A stretch of DNA of 64,000 nucleotides from the NCBI GenBank assembly GCA_028534125.1, contig CM052832.1, positions 18,664,001 through 18,728,000 on the forward strand, read 5' to 3'. Under the pieces are notes generated by a model that was given only the letters and a program-made list of their open reading frames with translations, had not been told where the DNA came from and made no database searches. Below are positions 44,242 to 59,158 of the stretch, one piece after another (the first letter of the stretch is position 1; each line of letters begins with the position of its first letter). The translations under genes and the position numbers were made by a program. The DNA comes from Lama glama. Its lineage: Eukaryota.

Positions 44242-44380
44242 TTATTTATTTATTTATTTATTTTTAATTAAAGTATAGTCCATTACAAGGTGTCAATTTC
44301 TGGTGTACAGCATAATGTCCCAGTCATGCATATATATATACATATATTTGTTTTCATATTCTTTTCATTAAAGGTTATTA
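44242..44380 (-). mobile_element. Short LINE-1 3' end with (TTTA)n tail
   Basis: ttatttatttattt...aaagtatagtccattacaaggtgtcaatttctggtgtacagcata; related to the reverse complement of 54387-54572. Confidence 0.65.
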
Positions 44381-44962
44381 GATAATTTTATCTCACATAC
44401 ATTTTCTATTATTGTTACTATTTTTAAATGCAGTGAATATTTATGCCTTAGTACAGTTGTAGAATGTATTTAAAATTTACTTACTCTTTACTTCATTCAG
44501 TTCATTAAAGAAAGATTGTAACTCATAGATGAAAAGAAGTATGCATTGACTCCTAAGCCCATCTTTTAATAAACCTTACTACTTCTAGCTTCAGCTAATA
44601 CACTAGTCTGCAAGCATGAATTTTTACTACCTAGTTGACTTTATAACCTTATATCATGCTGAGAAACAGCATATTGCTAATTTGAATTTCGTCTAGTAAT
44701 TATGCAGAATTACAAGAGACTCAGAAAGTTGTCCCTCATCTTAAATTGTGTCTAGAGCTCTAATAATCCTTCTTACATTTCCCCTCACTTTAGTTGCTCC
44801 TGGCTAAGACTTGGTTCATTTAATTTAATTTCAAATAGTATCCTATTTTGCTGCCCCTAGGAGTGCATTAGAAAAAAGACATTTTATAGTCAAAGCAAGA
44901 AGCACTCTACCATTTATTCCTTTCATTGAAACCTAGCGTATCACATCTTACATCTTACTGAT

Positions 44963-45196
44963 TTTTTTTAAGTTTTATTTTTTATTGAAGTATAGTTGAT
45001 TCACAATGTTAGTTTCAGGTTACAGCAAAGTGATTCAGTTATACATATATACATATATATATGTATGCACATGTATTTTCAGATTCTTTTCCATTATAGC
45101 TTATTACAAGAAATTGAGTATAGTTCCCTGTGCTATATAGTATGTCCTTGTTTATCTATTTTATATGCAGTTTTATATATATGTTAATCCTAAACT
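44963..45196 (-). mobile_element. LINE-1 3' end with TSD
   Basis: ttttattgaagtatagttgattcacaatgttag...tatagttccctgtgctatatagta; TSD TTACTGAT at 44955-44962 and 45197-45204. Confidence 0.8.
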
Positions 45197-48100
45197 TTAC
45201 TGATGCCTTTTAAGATTCTATCCCTTTCCTATCTTAGTCCTATTTGGCTACTTAAGAGCTTTTATGGTTCCTAAAATCCAAATCAGTTTGTATACTGAAG
45301 ATTCATATTCGTGTTTTCCGATAGCTACTCTGGTAGGTCATGAGTGATTTCCTATCACTCTGAATTATGTGAGATGTGTCACATTTATTCATGTGAGATA
45401 ACGTCACATTTTAAAAAGGTAATCATTTTCCCTCTTGAATTCATATGAGGTAATAATAGCAGATTCTACTATAATGGTAAACTAAATTTTCCTGGAAAGC
45501 CACGGGTCCAGGAGAGATGGAGATGGTACTTTTCCTTGCTTGCTCTTGCCCACACTGCTTTCTGGGGCTCTGATCTGGAGGGGGGCAGGAGAAAATTCTG
45601 TTGTCCTGCCTCTTCATTGTGTGGATATAATTTCGAACCTGTGGGCTAGAAATGAAACTCATTATTATTTAATGAATCCAAGCACCTCTCTTTGTCTTCA
45701 CTTGCTAATAAACCCCATATTTTGTTACTTTTATACTGGGTTATTAAAGTTAGAGGCATAATTAGAATACAGTTTACATGTTTTAGAATTTATGCGGTTT
45801 GTGTTACATATTTAATTTGATTTTACACCATCCTGCTTTATTAGAGATTTTGATTTTCCCAGTATCTGTCCAGTTTGAAAAGACTGGGGAGGCCAATATT
45901 GTCGAATCCTATTTAATAGCCATCCTCAAATACTTGATTCTGAGCACATATTTTAGGAAAATTTATATTTTATGAAAAAAATATTTCTTAATTTCATGTT
46001 TTGCTTATTATTACACAGTGGTCTTCAAACTCTGTTTCTATAATTTTCAAAGTGTCCTACTTAAAGATAATCTTCATATTTTAAACACACCTAAAAACAT
46101 ATTTGCAGGTGGTGAAGTTTGCTGTGTAAATGTGAATTCTGTCAAGTTATAAATTTGGAAGTGTGCCACTAATAACGTACGGTGAATACCCTTTTATGTT
46201 CATGTCATAGAAAAGTAGGTGGCTTTTTCAAAAAGCAATTACCTTCTATTTTTTCCCCCTATTTCTGAATCAGGAATGTGCAAAACAATTTAAAATGATT
46301 AGGAGTTGAGTCTCGTCACTATAAAAATTCCACCAATAACTGGCACCATGGGGCTCATTTTTTTTTAAAGGTTTTTTTGCTTTTTACATTCTGACCTTGT
46401 GTTTGTAGAGCTTGTTTTTAGACAGCCCGTGGAATACTTCATTTGCCCGGTAGTGCATGTTAGGTTCAGTTGGAAAACCTAGATGCACAGGCTCCAGTGT
46501 TGCCTTCAACTCTAGACAGTGGTTGTCAGGCAGCTGCCCCCAGAATCAAGGGATGGTAACACTGAGGGGCCAAGATGGCAGGCATTCTTGTTTTGAAGTA
46601 TTATATACAAACCCATGCTCTGACCAGTAGAACAGAATGTGGTTGTCCTGGGAGTGTCTGTAGCAAGGAGACAGCTTGTCAGATTAAGCATGTTCAGCTA
46701 CGAACAGAAATAGTAAGATTTGAAATAGGTATGTTACCTGGAAGGGCAGTAAATCACGAAGGGATGACCTTATAAATATGCATGCAACTCAGGCTGTTCT
46801 GTTCGCGTTAATGACTCTGCCTATTATTTTTAAGTGTTAACTGGGGTGTATTAGAGTTTGAATATAGCACTGGAATTGGTGCTCACCAGCTTGGAGACTT
46901 GGCAGTTTTCCAGTATTAGGAAGAAACCGTAATATATCATTTTTGTAGTAGCTGAATAGAGCTTACTGAAATGATGGGAGATGCAATTACAGCTTTTTAT
47001 TAAAGCAACAGTGCATGTGTTTTCATTTAAAACATTGAGTTTCCTGAATCTGAAGCATTTTTAGTTAAGTTTTTTTTCCATTTACTTGAATGTAGAATCT
47101 TAAGAAAATTGAAGTCATCTCCCTAAACCTGCCTGAGTCTAAGCATGTGCAGGCTTCTGGGCTGAGTTCTCAATTGCCCTACCTCTTAATATGCGATTTA
47201 ACTTAAACATTTTTGATACTAATTACTATACTATTACCTTTTGATTTACCATAGATGTGTTAAGTTTAGAAAACATGGTCAAATTTGGACAATAAGGACA
47301 GTAAGTATAGTCGCTTGGGAAAATTATAACCAAATGCATAATGCCACTTTGTGGATATCTGAATCTTTAAACCAGCAACACCCTCTTCCCGCCTCCTGAG
47401 CCTTTTGGCAGATATGCCTTGAGCAGGGGTTCTGTTGGAAGTCAACATTCAGTGGTTGAGTGGACACGGATCCAGCCCAGGATTTGTGTGTGGGTCAGAC
47501 AGACCACCCGGCACATTCCAAGGACCCCAGTCCCCCGGGCCACCGTGGAACCCGGTCATAGATGACTCTACAAACTGCTTCCAGCATCCACTTCCCTGTA
47601 TAGTCAGAACTGCTTATGGAATACGCATATAGAGTGGTTTAGCATGGCTGGGCCAATAGAGGGCGCCTCACGCAACCCGGAAGACTCCAAATCGCCCAGG
47701 GAAGTCTTAGTTCTGACTTTTACAGCAACGTTGGTTCAAGTCCTGGAATTCTCACCACCTCATCAGTTCATTGATGGCTGAAATCATGGATTACAAACTG
47801 AAATACCCCCAAGGCTGGGAAAGTGACAGGAACAAGTAGATGTGAGCTGGGTGTAAGGAGGGAGCCCTATATTTTTGGGGGGAGTGAGGGAGGGTCACAT
47901 ACTACGCAGGCCAAACAAAACCTGCCTCCAGGCTGAGTGGCTTTCAGTCTCCAGCCTAAATGGGCAGTGAGTGGGTTGGCTTGGATTCACCATACAGCAT
48001 ATGGTAATGAAAAGGTCACATACATTTGACTTTTTTTTTTTTAATTTTAAGTAGGTCTTCTGATTGGTTCTTATAAGGCAAAGTTAAGTGAAGATCAAAA

Positions 48101-48573
48101 AGATGTAGGATAAGCTAATAGGGGCAATATTGTGTAGGAATTAAACACACAAAATCGGCAACCAGACTGGTTCCTGTTTAGCTACTTTTCTGTGTGACCT
48201 TGGTTGAGTGACTTAACCTTTCTATTTCTCATTTCAGAAACAAGGGTAATAGTGACTCATATGCTAATACCTAAGTATTGGGTTACTGGGAGGATTAACT
48301 GAGTAAAAAGCTTAAATAGTGGTTAATCCTAGTAAGTGTTCAATGAATGTCAGCTATTATTGATCTTGGCTGGTTTTTATTTTGCATTTATCCTCTACTA
48401 GGATTTTAAGACGTCACGTTACCTTACGTAGAAATAAAATGGGTGAAAAGGGATCGTGTACCTAAACTGAAGCACAGACATTTTTGTGTAGTATTTTTCT
48501 TTCTTTCTTCCCATCCTCTGCTTCAAAAGAGCTGCATTTCCCACACTACGTATCTTTCTACAGCTTCCCTTAG

Positions 48574-48990
<417 letters not shown>

Positions 48991-50374
48991 TAGGCTGGTG
49001 AGGCAGAGGCTGACCAGCAAGCCTCGGGGAGCCAGCTGTGCCAGAGTGAGGCTGAGTTTCCCAGGTGGCCAGCTGGGGAGGGGAGGCGTCAGTTTCAAGT
49101 CTTCTATCAAAAAAGGAGGGGAGGGGATTGCCAAATTTAGACACATCATTCCTTCAAACTGCTGTCTTAAAGATTCCCACTGTGAGGTCCACTTGAGAAC
49201 CATTGAGGTTTCTCATTTTACAGCAGTGATGACCACCCACCAGTGTTCAAGGAAGGCAGTGAGAAGCAGAGGACGGGTTTGTTGGCAGTGCCAAATGAGC
49301 AGAGCTGGGAAGACTGGAGGAATAACACAAGGGGCTTCCCTGTACTTGGTTGTGAGCCCAGTGTCTTATCTTCCCTTCCCACTCCTGTCAGTATAAAGAC
49401 TTAAAGCCCAAGGGATCCAGGAAGTCCTTTGGGTCAAAGGCAGGTTCATACTGGATGTTGACTGTTCTGGTTAGTGGTTTTCATCCATAGTGCTTCCCAA
49501 GCATGGCTTTCCTTAAGGATGAGCTGTGTGGTAGCTGCTTCTCTAAGGGACTAGTTACTTGGTAACCATGTTACCATCCATCATTCAGAGAGGTCTGGTT
49601 GCTCCCTAGTCCAGCAGTCTGGTGAAGGAAGAGTTAATTCACATTCCTCCTCCAAGGCCCTTGTTGTTTCCCTGGCTCTCCAGTGTAAGGCAGAGCCTGA
49701 ACCTTCTGTCTAAAGTGAAGGCAAAAGCCAAAACCTGGAGCAATTTCTTTGAAATTGCCAATATGTACGTAAAGAAGTTCTTTGAGGTTAGGAAGGGAAA
49801 GCAGTCAGAGGTCAGGAGTCTGGGAGCATTCAGACAAATAAAAGCCATTTCACGTGTCAGGTGAATTGATGTGTCCAAAAATACTTCTGAAGTGTTCCCG
49901 TTCTGAAAGTAAAGTAATACTTTTCTTCCAAAATAGATTTGGTGTTTAAAACATCAACAACCTCCTTATAGTAACTGAGGTTTTGCCGGCAGAGTGAACA
50001 AAGTGGTTGGGCTGGCTGGTCACCCACGTCAGGCAGTGATGAAACAAAAGAAAATACCAGGTTACTTCTAGATGTTTCGAATGGAGAAAAGTCTCAGTAC
50101 CTGAAATTCTTTATGTTGGACATGAGACTGTTTAGCATCTTTTATAAATAGCTTCAGCCTGAGACATGAATGCTAGAATGCTCTTTGGAGAGTATGTTAT
50201 GAGAATATCAGGGAAGTCAGGTTTTAGAGCTCTCTGGCTAGTAAAGCATTTGGTAACTTAATGGTAACTTAATGTGTGCACTTTTGCTTTGAAGTGTGTA
50301 TTTTCATCCTACTTGAGCAGTAAATGGGTTTGGAATATAATGTTGGGTGGAATGCTCATTTTTCCCTTGTTTGA

Positions 50375-50584
<210 letters not shown>

Positions 50585-53298
50585 TAAGTTTTACTTGGGA
50601 CATCTTTCTAGAAGAATTGGAAAGAGCCATTGGTGTTTGTGCTACCTATGGAATAATAGAAGTAGTGATAGATTGGGAATCAGAAGATCTGGGTCTGAGT
50701 TAGTCTACTGATCACCAGCCATGGGACCTGGGAAGACACTGCCTTTCTTCTGGTGTGAGTTTCTTGTCTGTAAAACAAGGGTGGAGATGTTTGTTCTGCC
50801 GAAGATTGTGGTGGGGGATGGGGGGCGGCAGGGGGTACACACTGGTTGCCTTGCCTGCTTCCTCCTCCTTGTGGTTTTAACTGTGCATCCACTGGGTCTT
50901 GCTTTTTTTTTGCCTATGATGACAACTCTGAATCCAGGGGTGAGAAGGAAGCTAAGGTCCAGGAAATAAAAATAAAATTGATGAAATGGTAAGGCCAGAG
51001 CTCACTGGTCTCATTTCTATAAAAGGCTTTCTTTATTACCTTTGTGACTAAAGTTGGCAATCATTACTTATTGCCAAATTTACTTTCCCAGAAAACCAAA
51101 TGAGGAAATAAGAATACATATGTGGCTGGAAAAAATGCTAGAAATCTGGTTCTTTCTGTGCTCTTCATCCTCATATTATATTCTAATGGCAAAAGTGATC
51201 AAAGCAGATTTATAGCATTAAAAACGAGAGGTTACAAAATGTAGGAGGGAAATAAGGGGCCAGTACCATAGAAGGTGGTCCCCTGGGGAAGGGGAGGCCG
51301 TGCTCATTATTTTGCGTTTTCCCAGATTTCCCCCCTTGCATGGCCTGTTCAGTGGCACTCATGCCCAATGTGACGCCCTGGATAAAACCCTAGACCTGGA
51401 TGCCTGCATTCAGCTTCCAGCTCTGTCATCAGTCAGCTTATGACCTTGAGAAAAGCATTCACCTTTTTGATGAATTCTTCCTTTATAAAGTGAGACAGTC
51501 ACAGTAAATGATCTCTGAGTGCCTTCCAGTTCTAAATCCTGTGATTCTGCTTTAGCCGAGAGGTCAAAGTAGCCACCACAGGCCATCACAACATGGAGAA
51601 GGCAGCTTACCCCATCCAGCCACCACAACTGTCCTTCTCGGGAGCCTGCTGTGTTTGCAGAATCACCTACACTTAACTCCTGTTGTACCACAAAACCTTT
51701 ATAATGGAAACATTTTACTTACACATAGCTGCCTTTGGGTGCTAACAGCACAGCTGCCACCCTGATGATGTTCTGGACTACCAGCCCAAATAGGTCCTTG
51801 TGAGAAGCCCCGAGTATGCACACCCAGTACCCCGCATCTCCAGGCTGACAGTAGGGCTCTCTGGATTACAGTCCATTATGTACACTGTGCTCCAAGAGGC
51901 CAATGGTTTGAAACCACATTTGGTTTAAATAACCTGGGCTGGTCTGAATCAGGATGAAAATTGGATGAGAGAAAAGAAAATCTTCAGGGCTGCAAAAAAA
52001 GACACGTTGTCTCTTAGTTTCAGTTGGCTGGCTCCTCTTAAGCCAAGCAAAACCAATTTTGCTGAAACAAAGCTAAAGTAAAAATTATGGAGATAACAGC
52101 CTTTTCTTGGCTGTTGATTTTACTTTAAGCCTCCCTGTAAGTCGGACTGGAGGAAGAACATTTTTCCCATTAGGTATCCATCCAGATTACTGCTATTGTT
52201 AAGATGACTGTTTATTTTCTTTATTGTTTCTTTATTACTAGTGCCTATTTTAGGAATTGTTAATTTATTCTTCCAGTAGAAGTCATCTAAATACCCCTAA
52301 GAATCACATTGCAAGGGCTGTTTATTTAGAGACCAAAGACAAGCCAGCTGATCGTGTGATTCTAGGGCACCAGTTGCCACCAACGTGGCCCGAAAGGTTA
52401 TTCATCTTGAGTGTCATGTAGAAACAGACGCTTTTGGTATAGGAAGGATGCACCTCTGGTGCTTGGGCTTGTGGTAGGGGAGCGGGTGTGAGCAGTCATC
52501 TGGACATTTAGCAGTTTGTAGCGTGGTCAGGCTCCAAGGCCAGTGTGTGGATGCAGGGTTCTGCCTTCCTTACCCCAAAATGACTCACCCTTGCCTTCTC
52601 TGTCTAATCAGCTGGTCCATAGCAGTGAGGTAATACACAGACACGGTGTCTCACAGCTGCTTTGCTTGGCGTCCAGAGCCCAGGGGACCCAGGCTGATTT
52701 TGGGTGCAAACTGCAAGGACCTGCCGAGGTCAGGGTGGTGACCGAGGCAGGAAGCTTTTCTAAAGACAGTCAGTGGCCTTGGACTCGGTTTATTTATAGG
52801 AGCCCAGAGCCCGAACAGACTGTTTTTGTGGATGCTAATGTCCTTTACTTTGTGAGCAGATGTTTGGGTTTTATTCTCGATTTTTTCTCTAGCATCCTGG
52901 GTTTATGATACGTTGTCACTGTGGTGATCAAGGTACCCTCAGTTTTGTGGGTGACTAACTAGAAATAAGAGAAGTCCAAGTCGCAAGTTGATGCTGGACT
53001 TCTTTTTCCTAGCCTTTGTCTCCATCTGTCTCTTCAGTCCCAATTTGAAAATACTGTCCTTGCTGTAATCTAAAACTGAAAACATAACAACAAAACCGGG
53101 TTCCTTAAAGGTGTGTCAGCTTCGTAGACAGCGTGAATTGGTGAGGTCACACACATGGATATGAGAGGTTACTGATCTGCAATCGAGGGGCCTGAGATGG
53201 TCGGTGGTTTAGAATTTTCTAAGATACTTGGGCAACTCTGTTTTGGGATTTTAAAAAAGAGTGCTGAATTAAGGTAATAGGAAGTTATTTTTAAATAA

Positions 53299-53433
<135 letters not shown>

Positions 53434-53548
53434 TAGCTTAACTGTAATAAATTCGTATTTGAATTATGTTAATAATAGTTCTGAACGTATGAACAGGGCT
53501 TTGTATTTTACAAAGGTTTTTTCACATCAGCTTGTGTTCTTACGATCA

Positions 53549-54048
53549 NNNNNNNNNNNNNNNNNNNNNNNNNNNNNNNNNNNNNNNNNNNNNNNNNNNN
53601 NNNNNNNNNNNNNNNNNNNNNNNNNNNNNNNNNNNNNNNNNNNNNNNNNNNNNNNNNNNNNNNNNNNNNNNNNNNNNNNNNNNNNNNNNNNNNNNNNNNN
53701 NNNNNNNNNNNNNNNNNNNNNNNNNNNNNNNNNNNNNNNNNNNNNNNNNNNNNNNNNNNNNNNNNNNNNNNNNNNNNNNNNNNNNNNNNNNNNNNNNNNN
53801 NNNNNNNNNNNNNNNNNNNNNNNNNNNNNNNNNNNNNNNNNNNNNNNNNNNNNNNNNNNNNNNNNNNNNNNNNNNNNNNNNNNNNNNNNNNNNNNNNNNN
53901 NNNNNNNNNNNNNNNNNNNNNNNNNNNNNNNNNNNNNNNNNNNNNNNNNNNNNNNNNNNNNNNNNNNNNNNNNNNNNNNNNNNNNNNNNNNNNNNNNNNN
54001 NNNNNNNNNNNNNNNNNNNNNNNNNNNNNNNNNNNNNNNNNNNNNNNN
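53549..54048. other. Assembly gap, 500 N
   Basis: Run of exactly 500 N; CARMIL1 exon strand switches back across it. Confidence 0.99.
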
Positions 54049-54386
54049 GGAAGAACAGGTGAGTCACAGACACAACCAACTCACTGAGTAGGAGAAAGAA
54101 ATGGAATCAACTTCATTTTGCTCCACTTCTAAGGATGCAGCCAGAAAGGATTCCACTTTGAAGTCTTAGAATGATGCAAGCAATTGAACTGATCATTTTT
54201 ATCCTCCTCTTAATCCTGCCAGGTGATTCTTGACTCAGTGTACAGTATTTAAATGACATAGATGTAAATTCAGATACTTAAGTCTATTGAAAGTACCTGG
54301 AAGTTAATATAGGAATGTGCTCCTCTACTTACTGTATTACAGTCCAAGCCAGAATTTAGACTGAAATGGATTTTTACAAAGAGTGA

Positions 54387-54572
54387 AATAGATAAACAAG
54401 ACTCTATTGTATAGCACAGGGAAATATACACAAGATCTTGTAGCTCACAGAGGAAAAAAATGTGACAATGAACATATGTATGTTCATGTATAACTGAAAA
54501 ATTGTGGTCTACACTGGAATTTGACACATTGTAAAATGACTGTAACTCAATAATAAAAATGTTTAAAAAAAA
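54387..54572 (+). mobile_element. 5'-truncated LINE-1 3' end with TSD
   Basis: aatagataaacaag...gtatagcacagggaaatata...aataaaaatgtttaaaaaaaa; TSD ACAAAGAGTGA at 54376-54386 and 54573-54583. Confidence 0.8.
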
Positions 54573-57500
54573 ACAAAGAGTGAGAAAATCATCTGTGCAC
54601 AATGGAAGAAGCAATCAAAGGGAAAAGTAATAATTAACACTCTAGACACTTTTTGTATACATAACACAAATGGCTCAAGTTCAAGTCAACTGAAGTAAAC
54701 TGATAATATCACCTCAAAAAACAACAAATAAACACATGAGGAGGGTGAGATTGTTCTGTGAAAAGAGAGGTAAGCTCTTCAGGACGCTGTTAGTCTGGAC
54801 CCCGTGGTGGGTAGATTTTTCATCAGGCCACTTCAGAATGGAAGCCCAGAGGAGGCTGGTCCCTCACTGGGATTCAAGAGGTCAGTACACACATCACTTA
54901 TGGTTGTTCTTAACATGACAGAGATACGGGATTTTGCAAAGCTCTTCATGTCCATGGCTCTAAATTGTGTATTTTGGAAATACAGCTGTTTTAAATTGGG
55001 TATACTTTTATAAATCATTTTGTTTTTGTTTTTCAGTAAAATTCTTCTTGAAAATCCCAAACTATCTTAACCATCCTAAAGGGAAACAGGGTTTTTTTTT
55101 TTTTTTTTTTTTTTTGGTCCCCACTTGGACAGAGCCTTGGGCAGGATAAGGGATGAGGGTCAGGCCAGAACCGGTCACGGCAGCAGGACCCAAGGAGGCA
55201 CTCCAAGAAAAAAAGAAAACAGCTGAGGGTTTGAGGGTTCCGAGCACAGCCCTAAACTGGCGCAGTTCTCTGCTGCGAGTTCAGAATGTTTCAGGAGTGA
55301 TACTGAAGGGGTTATTATCTCATCCTCCTCCTTCAGAGTTACAAAGAACCAACTCCAGTGTGTGTCTGGTGAAGGTTCCTGAGCTATTTCTCGAGGGTGA
55401 GCGTGCATTTGGGTTTGTAGAGAGAAGACAGAGGTGGAGAGGGAAGAATATTTTACTTCAGTACAAGGAAGAATTTTTTGGCTATCAATTTAACATTTAT
55501 TAAATTGCTCATACCACGTTTACAAAATGCTGGGGCTGGGGAGGTATATATAAGTAAGACCCGTTCTTTGCCCTCAAAAAATTCAAAGACCATCAGGAAA
55601 GAAACTAAATACACTCCAGGATGAAAAGCGAATGTTATACAAGGAATATTTATTCATTGCAACCAATCTTTATTTAAAGCCCACTGTATATTAGGTATGG
55701 GCTTCTGAGACTTACCTAGATACTGTCTTACCCTCTAAAAGCCAGTCCAGGGGCAGACACAGAGAGCTGAACCATCACAGCCTAGGGAGTTCAGTACTTG
55801 TATCAAAGAGGTAGGAAACAAGAGCTTGGCAATGAAGGAGGTGGAGAGTGGATTAATGACGTTAGATAAAAGGAACTTGGAATGGCCCACAGAAAAGGTC
55901 AATTTCTGGAGGTAACATCTATGATTGTTTAAATGACCAGTTTCCTTCAGTTTGTCCTGTTATTGGCTGTATCCATGTATTTTTGTAATGGAATAATTGA
56001 GTCCAAGACATATGGGAAACACCAGACTCTCATCAAGAAAATATTCAGTAAAGTTATCTCCTTAGTGAGGTATAACAAAACTCAATAAATAAATTCCAAA
56101 ATTAGAAGGTGAATTTCGTCTTGAGAGCAAAACGCTCCATGGTTAAGTGTGGGCACTTGGCAGTTGGCCAACACGTGAAGAGAACTGGGAGGGAAGCATG
56201 TTATGCACTCAGCTTCATGCTACTGAAACAGAATGAAGGATTTCCTCCCCCATCTCTTGAGCCCTTATCCACACAAGGTCTGTGTTAACAAGCACACGAA
56301 TAGCAGGAAATTACAAAAATATAGGATGGAAAAAAATCAGGGCTCTTACAACCAAAACTACACACAGATTTTCATGCTAGTCTCGATTCTGGCTGTCTAG
56401 TGATTTTGACCATTCTTCATATTTACTATTGGAGTGTTTACAGCTGGAAAAAGGTGGTACCAGATGGCCCCGCACTGACATAATCTGGCAACCAGCAGGA
56501 CATTTACTAGAAATCCAGAAAACTATCACTTAGCTAACATCTGAGGAAGAGAAAGGGTATTTGGAGACAGTGTGGATGTCATGGAGAGATTAAAAAAAAA
56601 AATCTGTGTTGAATTATGGAGCCATGGATATAAATGTTTTCATAGAACTAAAATATAAATGTTAGTCAAATTCAGCAAAAGCTTAAAACTGCAATTTAAT
56701 CTGAGTTATTCTGAATCTGCAAACCTTTCAGATCCTTTGTGACAGTTTGCAAGAATACTAGAATCCTTTAAGAAATCAATTTTTTTTTAAAAAGCAACAT
56801 TTCAAGATATACATCTTAGAAAGGGTAACTTAAAATTCTTTGGGTCACATGTTATAAAACAATATTAATTCTCAAACACATTTTATTGCGGAGAACAGAT
56901 AAAAGTGTTGATCTTTATTTGTGAAGGGTGTAGGGAATGCGGGCTGTCCTTACTCAGGAGGAAGCTGAGGAACCCAGCTTTGTCTGGGGAACCTCCCCAC
57001 TCTCATCACACGAGGAGGGACAGGGACATCAGTGAATGGCGGGGGGGGGGGTGCTGAAGTACCTCAAAACCCAAATTTGCCCTCAGGAGGATCAATGATC
57101 ATCATATCCCTCTATTTGTTTTATAGTAATGAACAAATAAATTTAAATAAATAATCTTTTTTTAAACTCTACCTTAAAAAAGACTTAGACCTGTGAAACA
57201 CACGATAAATGACCAAAATTTTAATGTGTGGAGAATTCATATGAATAAAGAAAATAAACTAGCACTGTAAATAGAAGAGTAAGAAAGGAAGGGATCTAGC
57301 AGTTTCCTCCAAAAGAAATACAAATGACCAAGGAACAAGGTAGGAAAAGTTGCCTAAGCAGTAACTGAAGAAACTAAAATTAAAGTATCAGAACCCTTGT
57401 TGCTGTGCTTGAAAAACAATTTAAAAAGAGAATATGATCCACTGATGGTGAGAGTGTAAAGACAATTGTACAAAATACATGGAGAACAACTTGACAATAA

Positions 57501-59158
57501 ATATCAGAAGCAGCTTTTAAAAAATTGTGCCAACTCTGATCTAGCAATTCTACTCACAGGAATTTCTCCTAAGAAGAAACTTAACACATGACTGATAATT
57601 AGACACAGAAGTCACGTTAGCATTCTTTGCACTACTGAAGAATTTTAAATGATCCAAATATACAACAGATCATTTAAATAAATTAGGGAATATTTGCATA
57701 TGCTGGACTATCACAAAGCCATTGAAAGTGATCATGTTTTTACTGACACAAAAGACCACAATTGTTACAGGGGTTAGGGGGAAGCTTACGTGATAGTAAG
57801 CACACTATAATTGCACATATGCATTATGTAAATAAACTATGTACAGGCAGAAAACAGTATGGAAGGATGGGTACCAAACTGTCAACAGTGACAGCCTTGT
57901 GATGGTTTGGTACTAGCATTGCAAGTAATTTTTGCTTTCTTAATTATATTTTTCAGTGTCTTCTAAATCTTTACCATTAATATATAATACACTGATAATC
58001 TTCAGAAAATGGTTTTTGTAAAACCAACGTGCTGAAATATAACAGTAAAAACATAAAGGAACCACATTTAGCTTTAAGATCTATAGATGACTGCAGGCAT
58101 CAGGACAGAAAACACTGCCTCCTGGAGAAATCTTTCCCTTTGGAAAGTTACGTTTATGCCTTAATCTTAAATGTGTGGTACAAATGTGTGCAAATAAAAC
58201 CACAGGATGTATGCAACTAACCCCAATTCCAGACCACTCTTAGTATAACTGTATGGCCAAAAGAAAGTATGACTGGATGGATATAAAATCATTTTTGGAC
58301 CGCTTTGCTTCATCTACTCATCCATGACACATTCAGTGAGAACTTGCAGTGCGCCAGGTGCCAGGGATGCTGCAATGAATGAGGCAAAGCCCTCAGCAGC
58401 CAGAAACTCCCAGGCTAGGACACAACTGAAACACACTAAAATAGAGGAATTTACCAAGTGCTGTGAAACACCAAGAAAGGAGCACCGAGTTCTACTGTGC
58501 TGGGTGTGGTGAGAGAGGTTTTCTGAGGTTTCAAAAGCACATAAAAACATTACAGAAGCAGCAGCGAGGTGGGGAGGGGAAGCAGAGGGGAGGAGGAGAA
58601 AAGGAAGATGGTGATGGGGGGAGGGGTAGCATGCCCCTTTGTGCCAAAAACTACACTGTATTCATATTAACCCATTTAATCCCACCACCTCCGATGAAGT
58701 AGATACCTATATTTCCATATTACAAAGTAATTGAGGAACCAAGAGATTGTAGCAGCATATTCATAGTAAGTGAAAAAGTTAGGATGGATTCAAATCTGGG
58801 CAACCTGCTGGAGAACTGACAATCACTACACACACTGCCCTCAAAAGACAGTGATGTATTTAAGGAGCGGCAAATTATCCAATTGAAGAAACTTTCATTA
58901 AACACCCACAACGGTCTGGGCACTGTGCCAGGTGCTGGAGACACGGAGATGAGAAACACAAGCAGCAAAGAGAGCCCCCTTGCAGTAGGGAAGACACAAT
59001 ATTTACACAATAGTGTTAGATGTGATCTAGAAGTAACACAAAGGAAAGAGTAATTGATTCTGTTGAGGCCTCAGGAATAGGATGACATCTCAGAAGAGAT
59101 GATCACAGATGAAGTTTTTATAAAATAAACTGAAGCTCTCCAAGAATATTTGGAGATT

